From a bacterium (GTDB lineage Bacteria > UBA8248), in NCBI GenBank assembly GCA_965202625.1, contig CBDBBI010000010.1:2336001-2400000 (forward strand): DNA of 64,000 nt, written 5' to 3'. The notes under the pieces are model-generated. The model did not search any database and was not told the origin of the DNA. It saw nothing but the letters and a program-made list of their open reading frames with translations. A program made the position numbers and the translations under genes. Below, in pieces: positions 41,397 to 50,336 of the stretch; within the stretch, counting starts at the first letter, position 1; each line of letters starts with the position of its first letter.

Positions 41397-42413
41397 ATGA
41401 AAAAAGTTGTTTTTGGGATCGTCGCGGCGGCGATGGCTTTCTCGGTCGGGGTCGCAAGCGCCGGAAAACTGGACGACGTAAGGAAGCGCGGGCATTTGAA
41501 GTGCGGCATCAACACGGGCTTGGTCGGCTTTGCCGCGCCCAACGACAAGGGCGAATGGGCGGGTTTCGACATTGAGGTTTGCCGCGCGGTCGCCGCCGCG
41601 GTATTCGGGGACGCGAACGCCGTGAAGTTCACGCCCCTCACCGGCAAGACCCGTTTTCCCGCATTGGCTTCCGGCGAAATCGACATGCTCTCTCGCAACA
41701 CGACGTGGACTTTCTCCCGCGACGTGAACCTCAAGTTCGAGTTTGTCGGCGTGAATTACTACGATGGTCAAGGCTTCCTGGTTCGCAAGTCTTTGGGCGT
41801 GAAGTCGGCGAAAGAGCTGAACGGCGCTTCGGTCTGCGTTCAGACGGGCACGACGACCGAACTGAACCTGGCGGACTTCTTCCGCGCGAACGGCATGAAA
41901 TATGAGCCGATAACGATTGAGACGAACGCCGAGGCGCGCGCCGGCTATGAGGCGGGGCGCTGCGACGCCTACACGTCGGACGCCTCCGGTCTGGCCGCAA
42001 CCCGCGCCGTCCTCAATGATCCGAAGGCGCACGTCATTCTGCCCGAGATCATCTCGAAAGAGCCGCTGGGGCCCTTGGTCCGTCATGGCGACCACCAATG
42101 GGGCGACGTCGTGCGCTGGTCTCTGAACGTTCTCGTTATCGCGGAGGAGAAGGGCATCACCTCGGCGAACGTCGACGCGATGATGGCCAACTCGAAGGAT
42201 CCGGAAGTCCGCCGTATGCTGGGCTCCGAGGGCGAATACGGGACGATGCTCGGGCTCTCGAAAGACTGGGCGCTGAAGGTCATCAAGGCCGTCGGCAACT
42301 ATGGCGAGATATTCGATCGCCATATCGGCCCCAAAACCAATATCGCGCTGGAGCGGGGCTTGAACCAGCTGTGGAGCAAGGGCGGCATCCTGTACGTTCC
42401 GCCGTTCCGATAA
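41397..42413 (+). CDS. aapJ: General L-amino acid ABC transporter substrate-binding protein (AapJ/BztA)
   Basis: GFDIEVCRAVAAA, LSRNTTWT.SRD, YYDGQGF, GTTTE.NL, ISKEPLGP, VGNYGEIF, YVPPFR. Confidence 0.93.
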   Translation: MKKVVFGIVAAAMAFSVGVASAGKLDDVRKRGHLKCGINTGLVGFAAPNDKGEWAGFDIEVCRAVAAAVFGDANAVKFTPLTGKTRFPALASGEIDMLSRNTTWTFSRDVNLKFEFVGVNYYDGQGFLVRKSLGVKSAKELNGASVCVQTGTTTELNLADFFRANGMKYEPITIETNAEARAGYEAGRCDAYTSDASGLAATRAVLNDPKAHVILPEIISKEPLGPLVRHGDHQWGDVVRWSLNVLVIAEEKGITSANVDAMMANSKDPEVRRMLGSEGEYGTMLGLSKDWALKVIKAVGNYGEIFDRHIGPKTNIALERGLNQLWSKGGILYVPPFR

Positions 42414-42467
42414 TCCTTTTGAAGGAGGGCCAGGGCGCCGGTCTTTCGGCCGCGGGTCCAGGGACTG

Positions 42468-42505
42468 AAAGGGCGGGACGCGAAGCGCGGCGTCCCGCCC
42501 TTTTT
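42468..42505 (+). terminator. Rho-independent terminator or stabilising hairpin after aapJ
   Basis: AAAGGGCGGGACG-loop-CGTCCCGCCCTTTTT. Confidence 0.8.
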
Positions 42506-42564
42506 AGGAGGTTCTCAGCTTCGGCGGCGAGAGATGGTGTTTTCTTCGGCGGAAGGCGGGCGCG

Positions 42565-43746
42565 ATGGCGAATGAGCCGATAGCCGTAGAGGGCGGGGGT
42601 TCTATCTGGACCAACGTGCGGTTCCGCTCGCTCCTCATACAGACGCTCGTCCTCGTTTTCGTGATGCTCTCCCTTTTCGCGCTGACCTACAACGCGGCGC
42701 GGAACATGAGCAATCTCGGCAAGGATCTCAGTTTCGGGTTTCTGTCCCAGCCGGCGGGCTTCGACATTCCGCTGACCCTCATCCCCTACTCGCCGACTTC
42801 CCCGATCATTGACGTCTACGTCATCGGACTTCTGAACACGCTGCTGATATCGAGTCTGGGTTGCGTCCTGGCGACGATGCTCGGCCTCTTTCTCGGGCTC
42901 ATGCGGCTCTCGCGCAACTGGCTGCTGAGTCGAATCGTTTATTGCTACGTTGAGTTCACCCGCAACATTCCGCTTCTCCTCCAGATCATCTTCTGGTACG
43001 TAACGCTTCTGGGTCTGCCGCGCTGGAGCCGGACGGATACGCCCTGGTTCGGCCTCTACCTGAACAATCGCGGCGTCTTCGGCCCGCGCCCGGATTTTCA
43101 GCCCGCCTTCTGGTGGGTGGCGACGGCGTTTTTGGCGGCCGTCGCGGCGACGATCGTCCTTCGCAAATGGGCGCGCTCTCGGCAAGACGCGACCGGGCGG
43201 ACTTTTCCGGTCTTCTGGTCGTCCCTCGGGCTCTTGCTGAGCCTGCCGACGGCGGCCTATTTCCTCGCCGGCCAGCCGATTGAATGGATCCACCCCCGCG
43301 CCACGCGCTTCAATCTGCGGGACGGCATGGTGATACGCCCTGAATTCGTCGCGCTCCTCTTGTCCCTGACGCTCTATACCAGCGCCTTCATCTCCGAGAT
43401 CGTTCGCGCCGGCGTCCTGGCGGTGCACAAGGGGCAGACGGAGGCGGCCTCCGCGCTGGGCCTCAAGCGCAACTGGAACATGCGGCTCATCATCATTCCG
43501 CAGGCGATGCGGGTGATCATCCCTCCGCTGACGAGCCAGTATCTGAACCTCACCAAGAACTCCTCGCTGGCCTACGCCATCGGCTTCTCCGAGCTGGTCG
43601 CCGTTTACGCCGGCATCACGCTGAACCAGACCGGCAAGGAAATCGAGATCATGGCGATGACTATGGCGACCTACCTCACCATCAGCCTGCTCATCTCGAC
43701 CTTCATGAACTGGTATAACAAGCGCGTCAAACTGGTGGAGCGTTGA
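42565..43746 (+). CDS. aapQ: General L-amino acid ABC transporter permease
   Basis: FGFL...AGFDI, GLLNTL, RNIPLLLQ, EIVRAG, GQTEAA.ALGL, NLTKNSSLA. Confidence 0.92.
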   Translation: MANEPIAVEGGGSIWTNVRFRSLLIQTLVLVFVMLSLFALTYNAARNMSNLGKDLSFGFLSQPAGFDIPLTLIPYSPTSPIIDVYVIGLLNTLLISSLGCVLATMLGLFLGLMRLSRNWLLSRIVYCYVEFTRNIPLLLQIIFWYVTLLGLPRWSRTDTPWFGLYLNNRGVFGPRPDFQPAFWWVATAFLAAVAATIVLRKWARSRQDATGRTFPVFWSSLGLLLSLPTAAYFLAGQPIEWIHPRATRFNLRDGMVIRPEFVALLLSLTLYTSAFISEIVRAGVLAVHKGQTEAASALGLKRNWNMRLIIIPQAMRVIIPPLTSQYLNLTKNSSLAYAIGFSELVAVYAGITLNQTGKEIEIMAMTMATYLTISLLISTFMNWYNKRVKLVER

Positions 43747-43750
43747 TTCG

Positions 43751-44878
43751 ATGAGCGAGAGCCCCCCGAGAGCGCTGCAGGACGCGCTCGTCTGGAATCC
43801 GTTGCCGAACCGACCGCCGCCGCCTTCGATGGTCGGCGTGCTGGGCTGGATGCGGGAGAACCTGTTTTCGAGCTTCTTCAACGGTTTTTTGACTTTCGCC
43901 TCGCTCACGTTCTTGTTCCTCACCGTTCCGCCGCTTCTGAACTGGATGGTTTTTGACGCCGCTTTCGGCCCCGCGCGAGAGGCGTGCGCGGACGCCGCCG
44001 GCGCCTGCTGGGCGGTCGTCAACGTGCGCTGGAATCAGTTGATCTACGGCTTTTATCCCGAATCGGAGCATTGGCGTCCCAACCTGGCCTTCGGCCTTTT
44101 GCTGCTCGCCCTTTTCTACGGCCTTTACGACAAGGCGCCGGGCCGGAAATACGGACTGGCGTTTTGCGCCGCTTTTCCATTCATTGCCTATTGGCTTCTC
44201 TACGGGGGGTTCGCCGGCTTGTCCTTCGTCTCGTCTTCGAAATGGGGCGGCCTGCTGCTCACCATCGCGATGGGCGTCACCGGCATCGTGGTTTCGATTC
44301 CCGTCGGAGTCCTTCTGGCGCTCGGGCGGCGTTCCCGGATGCCGGCGATCAGCAAACTGAGCGTCGTCTTCATCGAATACATTCGGGGGGTGCCGCTGAT
44401 CACCATTCTGTTTTTCTCCAACATCGCGCTGCCCCTGTTTCTGCCCGAGGGCGTGAGCATCGACGCCTATCTGCGCGCGGTGGTGGGCATTTGTCTCTTC
44501 GCCTCGGGCTATATGGCGGAGGTCATTCGCGGCGGGCTGCAGGCGATACCCAAGGGGCAGTTCGAGGCGGCCGACGCGCTGGGCATGGGATACGCGAGGA
44601 CGACGGCGCTCATCGTCTTGCCGCAGGCCCTCAAAATATCCATCCCCGGCATCGTGAACACCTCCATCGCCCTTTACAAGGAGACCACGCTGGTCGCGCT
44701 CGTCGGGCTGTTCGACCTGCTGGGCATTTCGAGGGCGATCGTCGCGGACCAGGAATGGATGGGCCTCGACGTTGACCTCTACGTGTTCATTGCCATCGTG
44801 TTCTTCATATTTTGCTTCTCTATGTCGCGCTACAGCCTGTGGCTGGAGAAGAAACTCTCGCGCGGAGACGAGCGGTGA
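43751..44878 (+). CDS. aapM: General L-amino acid ABC transporter permease
   Basis: [41 protein letters not shown]. Confidence 0.92.
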   Translation: MSESPPRALQDALVWNPLPNRPPPPSMVGVLGWMRENLFSSFFNGFLTFASLTFLFLTVPPLLNWMVFDAAFGPAREACADAAGACWAVVNVRWNQLIYGFYPESEHWRPNLAFGLLLLALFYGLYDKAPGRKYGLAFCAAFPFIAYWLLYGGFAGLSFVSSSKWGGLLLTIAMGVTGIVVSIPVGVLLALGRRSRMPAISKLSVVFIEYIRGVPLITILFFSNIALPLFLPEGVSIDAYLRAVVGICLFASGYMAEVIRGGLQAIPKGQFEAADALGMGYARTTALIVLPQALKISIPGIVNTSIALYKETTLVALVGLFDLLGISRAIVADQEWMGLDVDLYVFIAIVFFIFCFSMSRYSLWLEKKLSRGDER

Positions 44879-44904
44879 CCCAGGGAACGCAGGGAGACGA
44901 CGCG

Positions 44905-45660
44905 ATGGAGACGGAAAATCTGGCGGTCGAGATGCGCGGCGTCAACAAATGGTTCGGCGCCTTCCACGTTCTGAAGGACATCAACCTGCGGGTGACGCGC
45001 GGCGAGCGCATCGTCATATGCGGTCCTTCCGGTTCCGGCAAGTCCACTCTGGTTCGATGCGTCAACAGGCTGGAGGAGCATCAGGAGGGCGACATCATCG
45101 TCAACGGGGTCAGGCTCTCGAACAACCTCGGGAACATCGACGCCATCCGCTCCGAGGTCGGCATGGTGTTTCAGAGCTTCAATTTGTTTCCGCACCTCAC
45201 GGTTCTCGAGAACTGCACGCTGGCGCCGATCTGGGTGCGCAAGACGCCGAAGAGAGACGCCCAAGAGGCGGCGATGGCGTATCTGGATCGCGTGAAAATT
45301 CCGGAGCAGGCGGGCAAATACCCGGGACAGCTCTCAGGCGGGCAGCAGCAGCGCGTCGCCATCGCGCGCGCCCTGTGCATGGGCCCGCGCATCATGCTGT
45401 TCGACGAGCCGACTTCCGCGCTGGACCCCGAGATGATCAAGGAAGTGCTGGAGGTGATGGTCGGCCTGGCCGAGTCGGGCATGACCATGCTTTGCGTCAC
45501 CCACGAGATGGGCTTCGCGCGCGAGGTCGCCAACCGGGTGCTCTTCATGGACGAGGGCGAGATCGTGGAGGAAAACGAGCCGGAGGAGTTCTTCTTCCGT
45601 CCGCGGCACGACCGCACCAGGGCGTTCCTGAACCAGATCCTCACGTGGACAAAGGTCTGA
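44905..45660 (+). CDS. aapP: General L-amino acid ABC transporter ATP-binding protein
   Basis: [36 protein letters not shown]. Confidence 0.93.
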   Translation: METENLAVEMRGVNKWFGAFHVLKDINLRVTRGERIVICGPSGSGKSTLVRCVNRLEEHQEGDIIVNGVRLSNNLGNIDAIRSEVGMVFQSFNLFPHLTVLENCTLAPIWVRKTPKRDAQEAAMAYLDRVKIPEQAGKYPGQLSGGQQQRVAIARALCMGPRIMLFDEPTSALDPEMIKEVLEVMVGLAESGMTMLCVTHEMGFAREVANRVLFMDEGEIVEENEPEEFFFRPRHDRTRAFLNQILTWTKV

Positions 45661-45889
45661 GCCGCCGAAATAGGAGCCTCCCCGCCCGCGCGGAGGAAGC
45701 CCGGCGCCTCGGAAAACGCCTTGCCTTCGCCGGCGCATGAATAATAATTTGATGAAGCCGGAAATCGTTCGCGTCATCGACGGGGATTTGCGGAATGCGC
45801 GCCAGACGCCCCGCGTTCCGCCGAAGCGTCCGAGACCTTTCTGAATAATACCGACTTGGGGCGGGACGCTGGGGAAAGACGGGCTGAAT

Positions 45890-46009
45890 AACATAACCCC
45901 CCGGCGACGATGCGCGCGAGGGGTGGTCGTTTCCCCGATCGGGGAATTGCCTGCGAAGCTTGTTCACTTCTTGTGGTGAAAAGCAACCAGGCATCGATCA
46001 GCTAAAACT
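45890..46009 (-). ncRNA. tracrRNA (predicted), divergent from cas9
   Basis: 45973-46008 matches the reverse complement of the CRISPR repeat at 29/36 nt; on the minus strand it is followed by AAG, a GAAG/CTTC stem and the palindrome TTCCCCGATCGGGGAA; 3' end approximate. Confidence 0.8.
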
Positions 46010-46015
46010 GCTATA

Positions 46016-46044
46016 TTTCTACGCCATCTTGTTCATCTTGTCAA
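46016..46044 (-). promoter_or_regulatory. Putative sigma70 promoter of the tracrRNA
   Basis: Minus-strand TTGACA-17 nt-TAGAAA, placing the start near 46009, at the anti-repeat. Confidence 0.55.
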
Positions 46045-46061
46045 GGAAGGAGACATTTAAC

Positions 46062-49000
46062 ATGCGTCGTCTCACGCTCGGGCTCGACCTTGGGCCCAAC
46101 TCTATCGGCTGGGCGCTCGTCGGGGAAGACGAGGCGGGGAACCCCCAAAGTCTTGAGGCCATCGGCGTCCGGGTGTTTCAGGAAATGGTGGACAGAAAGA
46201 ACAGCACGCCCAAGAATCACAAGAGGCGCGCCGCTCGGGGGGCGCGCCGCCTGCGCTCCAGGCGAAAGATGCGGCGCGACACCCTCCAGGGGGAGCTCAT
46301 CCGGTGCGGCCTTCTGCCCAAGGAGGAGGCGGAGCGTCGCAATCTGTTTGGATTCAGGCAGAAGCATTGCGACCAGAACGACCCCTACGAGATCAGCCAG
46401 AACGACCCCTACGAGATCAGAAAACGGGGGCTTGACCATACGTTGACCCCGCATGAGTTGGGCCGGGCCATCTTCCACCTGAACCAGAGGCGGGGATTTC
46501 TCAGCAACCGAAAGGTGCGCGATACCAAGGAGAAGAAAAAAGAGGATGGCGTCGTCATCAAGGCCATTGGAGAGCTGAGGGGGGAAATCGAGAAATCCGG
46601 CAGCCGCACGCTGGGCGATTTTCTGGCTTCCAGACCCAAGAAAAGAAGCCTTCGGACAGAGCGCAAAATGTATGAGGAGGAGTTTGACGCTCTGTGGACG
46701 AAGCAGGCGGAATTTCAACCCGATTTGCTGAGCGACGCGCGATGCGCCCGCGTTCGAAAAATTCTGTTCTTCCAGCGCCCCTTAAGACTCCAGAAGAATC
46801 TCGTCGGAAAGTGTACCTTCGAGCTGCACAGAAAGAGATGCCCCTGGGCCCGGCCGGAAGCGCAGTGGTTCAGGGCGCTTCAGGACGTCAACCATCTAGA
46901 GGTCCGGGACCCGAAGACGGGCGTGCACCGTCCGCTTCGTCCGGATGAAAGAGAGGAAGTCAAAAAACAGCTTAGGGAGAAGAAGACGCTCACGTGGAAC
47001 GGCGTCCGCAAGGCGCTGGGCTTTCACTCCAAAGAGTTCTTCAACCTGGAGGAGGGAGGGAAGAAGCACCTGATAGGCGCGCGCACCTGCATCGACGTCC
47101 AGAAAATCCTCACGAAAAAGAAGTGGGACGCCATGTCCAAGAGAGAACAAGACGCTTTTTGGGAGGATATGTTCTCCATCCACAAGGAGGAGACCCTTCT
47201 GAACCGCCTGGAGAACCACTGGAATCTCTCTCGCGAGCAGGCGAACGCGCTGCTCAACACGGAGTTTCAGCCGGGCTACTCCTCCCTCTCGCTTCGGGCG
47301 ATCCGGCGCATCACGCCGTTTCTGGAGAGAGGGCGCAACTACCACGACGCCTGTCAGGATGCCGGCTATCTGCGCGATGATCAAAAACAAATCGACGCGA
47401 AAGACGCGCTCAAGCCCGCTCCCGATCTCCGCAACCCCATCGTTCAGAAAGCCGTCAACGAGGTGCGCAAGGTGGTGAACGCCATCATCCGCCGACACGG
47501 GAAGCCGGACAGCATCCGCGTGGAACTCGCGCGGAACCTCAAACTCAGCAAGAAGCAAAAGGACGTCCTGAATCGCCAGAACAAGAGAAACCGAGATCTG
47601 AACGAAGAGGCGCGCAAGTTGATGAAGTACCTGGGGCAATCCGACAACGGGGGAAACAGGCTCAGGTATCGGCTGTGGAAAGAGCAGAATAAGGTATGCC
47701 CCTATACCGGAAAGAGCATCGGCGCGCATGATATTTTTTCCCCCGACTTCGAGGTGGATCACGTCCTGCCCTACAGCAGGACGCTGGATGATTCCTACAT
47801 GAACAAGACGCTCTCTCTGGCCTCCGCCAACAGGCGGAAGGGAGACAGGACGCCTCATGAATGGAGGAGCGGCGACCCGGAGGAGTTCGACAAGATGCGC
47901 CAGCGCGTATTCTCTATGAAAGAGATGCCCTATTCGAAGAAAAAACGCTTCGAGCAGAAGGAGATCGAGCTGGATAAGTTCATCGAACGCCAGCTCAACG
48001 ACACCCGCTACATCAGCCGGGAGGCGAGTGCATATCTGAAGCAACTGGGGAGTGGGGTTCAGGTGACGACGGGACAGGCCACCGCCGCCCTGCGCCGCTC
48101 CTGGAGGCTGAACGCGATTCTCGCCGTCGATTCCGACATGGAGAAAAACCGCGCCGACCATCGCCACCACGCCATAGACGCGCTGGTGGTCGCCCTCACG
48201 AACCGAGCGCTCTTTAACGGCATCGCGCGCCTCTCCGACGAGCATCGCGCGGTTCTCGGCAAGCGGCGTTTTTCGCTGCGGAAGCCCTGGCCTGGGTTCG
48301 ACGATGAGGTGCGCGAAAAGGTGCGCGATATCGTCGTCTCCCACCAGCCGCTTCGCAAGATCAGCGGCGCCTTGCATGAAGAGACCGCGTATGGGCGCAT
48401 CTCGCGCGAGGGAGAAGATCTCTTCGTCCGCAGGGTAGGACTTGAGTCGCTCACGGCGAAGCAGGTGGATAAAATCGTGGACCACCGCATCCAGTCGCTT
48501 GTTCGCGAACGCATGGACGCCCACGGCGAAAAGGCCAAGGCCGCCTTCGCCCAGCCTCTCTACCTTCCGCATTCCCGCAAGGGAACGGGGAGAACGCGGA
48601 TACGAACGGTCCGCGTCGCCGAGAATTTCAGCCTGGACGGCCTTTTCGGCGTCCGCCGGAAGGGGGAGGAGGAACCCTTCAAGTATCATCCGTTTGGGAA
48701 CAACCACCATGTCGAAATCATCGAGAACGTCAAGACGGGCAGGCGAAAGGACATCATCGTCACGGCGATGGAAGCCGCCCGCCGCGCCCGCCGCGCGGAG
48801 ACGCCCATCGTCCGGCGCGATCATGGGGATGGGTGGCGGTTCGTCATGTCGCTTTCGATCAACGATATCGTCAAGATCGATGAACCTGTGAACGGCTGCG
48901 ACCTGTATCGCGTTCAGAGCATCTCCCCCAGAGATATTCATCTGCGGGCGCATACGGCCGCCACGATAGACGACAAGACAACACTCGTAAGAATAAGATC

Positions 49001-49073
49001 ACTCAACAAGTCCAAGGGGCTAAAAAAGATGTCCATCGATCCCCTGGGAAACCTGGAGACCGCCCATGATTAA
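46062..49073 (+). CDS. cas9: Type II-C CRISPR endonuclease Cas9 (1003 aa)
   Basis: RuvC-I LGLDLGPNSIGWA, Arg-rich bridge helix, RuvC-II VELAR, HNH VDHVLPYS...NK...N..K, RuvC-III HHAIDA; AAGGAG RBS. Confidence 0.97.
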   Translation: MRRLTLGLDLGPNSIGWALVGEDEAGNPQSLEAIGVRVFQEMVDRKNSTPKNHKRRAARGARRLRSRRKMRRDTLQGELIRCGLLPKEEAERRNLFGFRQKHCDQNDPYEISQNDPYEIRKRGLDHTLTPHELGRAIFHLNQRRGFLSNRKVRDTKEKKKEDGVVIKAIGELRGEIEKSGSRTLGDFLASRPKKRSLRTERKMYEEEFDALWTKQAEFQPDLLSDARCARVRKILFFQRPLRLQKNLVGKCTFELHRKRCPWARPEAQWFRALQDVNHLEVRDPKTGVHRPLRPDEREEVKKQLREKKTLTWNGVRKALGFHSKEFFNLEEGGKKHLIGARTCIDVQKILTKKKWDAMSKREQDAFWEDMFSIHKEETLLNRLENHWNLSREQANALLNTEFQPGYSSLSLRAIRRITPFLERGRNYHDACQDAGYLRDDQKQIDAKDALKPAPDLRNPIVQKAVNEVRKVVNAIIRRHGKPDSIRVELARNLKLSKKQKDVLNRQNKRNRDLNEEARKLMKYLGQSDNGGNRLRYRLWKEQNKVCPYTGKSIGAHDIFSPDFEVDHVLPYSRTLDDSYMNKTLSLASANRRKGDRTPHEWRSGDPEEFDKMRQRVFSMKEMPYSKKKRFEQKEIELDKFIERQLNDTRYISREASAYLKQLGSGVQVTTGQATAALRRSWRLNAILAVDSDMEKNRADHRHHAIDALVVALTNRALFNGIARLSDEHRAVLGKRRFSLRKPWPGFDDEVREKVRDIVVSHQPLRKISGALHEETAYGRISREGEDLFVRRVGLESLTAKQVDKIVDHRIQSLVRERMDAHGEKAKAAFAQPLYLPHSRKGTGRTRIRTVRVAENFSLDGLFGVRRKGEEEPFKYHPFGNNHHVEIIENVKTGRRKDIIVTAMEAARRARRAETPIVRRDHGDGWRFVMSLSINDIVKIDEPVNGCDLYRVQSISPRDIHLRAHTAATIDDKTTLVRIRSLNKSKGLKKMSIDPLGNLETAHD

Positions 49074-49959
49074 GCGTATCGTCGAAATCGGAAGCCCCGC
49101 CCGGCTTTCGCTCAGCCGAAAGCAGCTGAAAGTGGAGCGGGAGGAATGCGCGGCTGAATCTCTCCCTGTGGAAGATTTGGGCGTTTTGATTCTGGACCAT
49201 CCGGCCATCCGCCCCTCGCAGGGCCTGCTGTCGGAGTGTCTGAAGAACAACGTCGTCGTCGTGATGTGCGACGAGAAGCACCTGCCCGCCTCCGTCCTGC
49301 TCCCTTTGGACGGACACACCCTCCACAGCCGAATCGTGAAGGAGCAGGCCGCCGCCACTCCCGGGCGGCTGAGCCGCTTGTGGTGTGCTATCGTGTGCGC
49401 GAAAATTCTGGCCCAGGCCGACGCTCTAGACGCCTTTAAGGAATACGGCGGCCCCCTGCGGGCCATCGCCGGACGCGCCGGGCGGGAGAACCCGGCACAC
49501 GCGGAGGCCCGCGCCGCGCGCATGTATTGGCCGAGAATGTTCGGCGCGGATTTCAGGCGAAACCACGCCCTCCCCGGCGTCAACAGCCTTCTGAATTACG
49601 GCTATTCCCTCATTCGCGCCGCGACGGCGCGGGCTATCGTCTCCGCTGGCCTTCACCCCGCCTTCGGCCTCCACCATCACAATCAATACGACGGCTTTTG
49701 CTTGGCGGATGACCTGATGGAGCCGCTTCGCCCGATGGTGGACCGCAAGGTGCGCCTCATGCGGGACGCACCCGAGGTCTGGGGGGAGGATCTGGACCTG
49801 GAGAAAGAGGAGAAGCGCGAGATTCTCGGTGTTCTGGCCGGGGAGGCGCGGCTCGGCGGAAAGACCTATCCCCTGATCACCGCTCTGCAATACTACGCCG
49901 CCGGCGTGCGCCGCGTCCTTTGTGGAGAGGAGAAGGGAGCGGAAATTCCCCGCCCGTGA
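49066..49959 (+). CDS. cas1: Type II CRISPR-associated integrase Cas1
   Basis: EARAAR.YW, NSLLNYGY, GLHP.FGLHH, LADDLMEP.RP.VD. Confidence 0.96.
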   Translation: MIKRIVEIGSPARLSLSRKQLKVEREECAAESLPVEDLGVLILDHPAIRPSQGLLSECLKNNVVVVMCDEKHLPASVLLPLDGHTLHSRIVKEQAAATPGRLSRLWCAIVCAKILAQADALDAFKEYGGPLRAIAGRAGRENPAHAEARAARMYWPRMFGADFRRNHALPGVNSLLNYGYSLIRAATARAIVSAGLHPAFGLHHHNQYDGFCLADDLMEPLRPMVDRKVRLMRDAPEVWGEDLDLEKEEKREILGVLAGEARLGGKTYPLITALQYYAAGVRRVLCGEEKGAEIPRP

Positions 49960-50285
49960 CTTTTGGTGGATGGCGGAGCATGTGGCTGATGGTGATGTTC
50001 GACCTGCCGACCGACACGAAAGTCGCCCGCAAGGCGTATCAGGAGTTTCGCGGCGCGCTGCTCGATAACGGCTTCGCCATGCTCCAGTATTCCGTCTATG
50101 CCCGCCACTGCCCCAGCGTGGAGAACGCCGAGGTGCACGAGAAGCGGGTGAACGCCGCCTTGCCCCCCGACGGGGAGGTGCGGCTTCTTCTTTTCACCGA
50201 CAAGCAGTTCTCTCGAATGAAGATTTTTCACGGGAAGATTCGAGGGGCGACAGAAAAGGCTCCCGAGCAGATCACCCTTTTCTGA
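49956..50285 (+). CDS. cas2: CRISPR-associated protein Cas2
   Basis: MWLMVMFDLP, GF.MLQYSVYAR, G.VR....TDKQF; GTG start overlaps the cas1 TGA. Confidence 0.95.
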   Translation: MTFGGWRSMWLMVMFDLPTDTKVARKAYQEFRGALLDNGFAMLQYSVYARHCPSVENAEVHEKRVNAALPPDGEVRLLLFTDKQFSRMKIFHGKIRGATEKAPEQITLF

Positions 50286-50336
50286 TCTGCCGCCGGGAGC
50301 TTTTTCCGAATCGATTCAATCACTTGGAAAGAATCA

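Noticed and set aside
45960-46061. N-terminal extension of Cas9 to 1037 aa
   Set aside because: It overlaps the tracrRNA anti-repeat and promoter; the RBS and RuvC-I position support ATG 46062.
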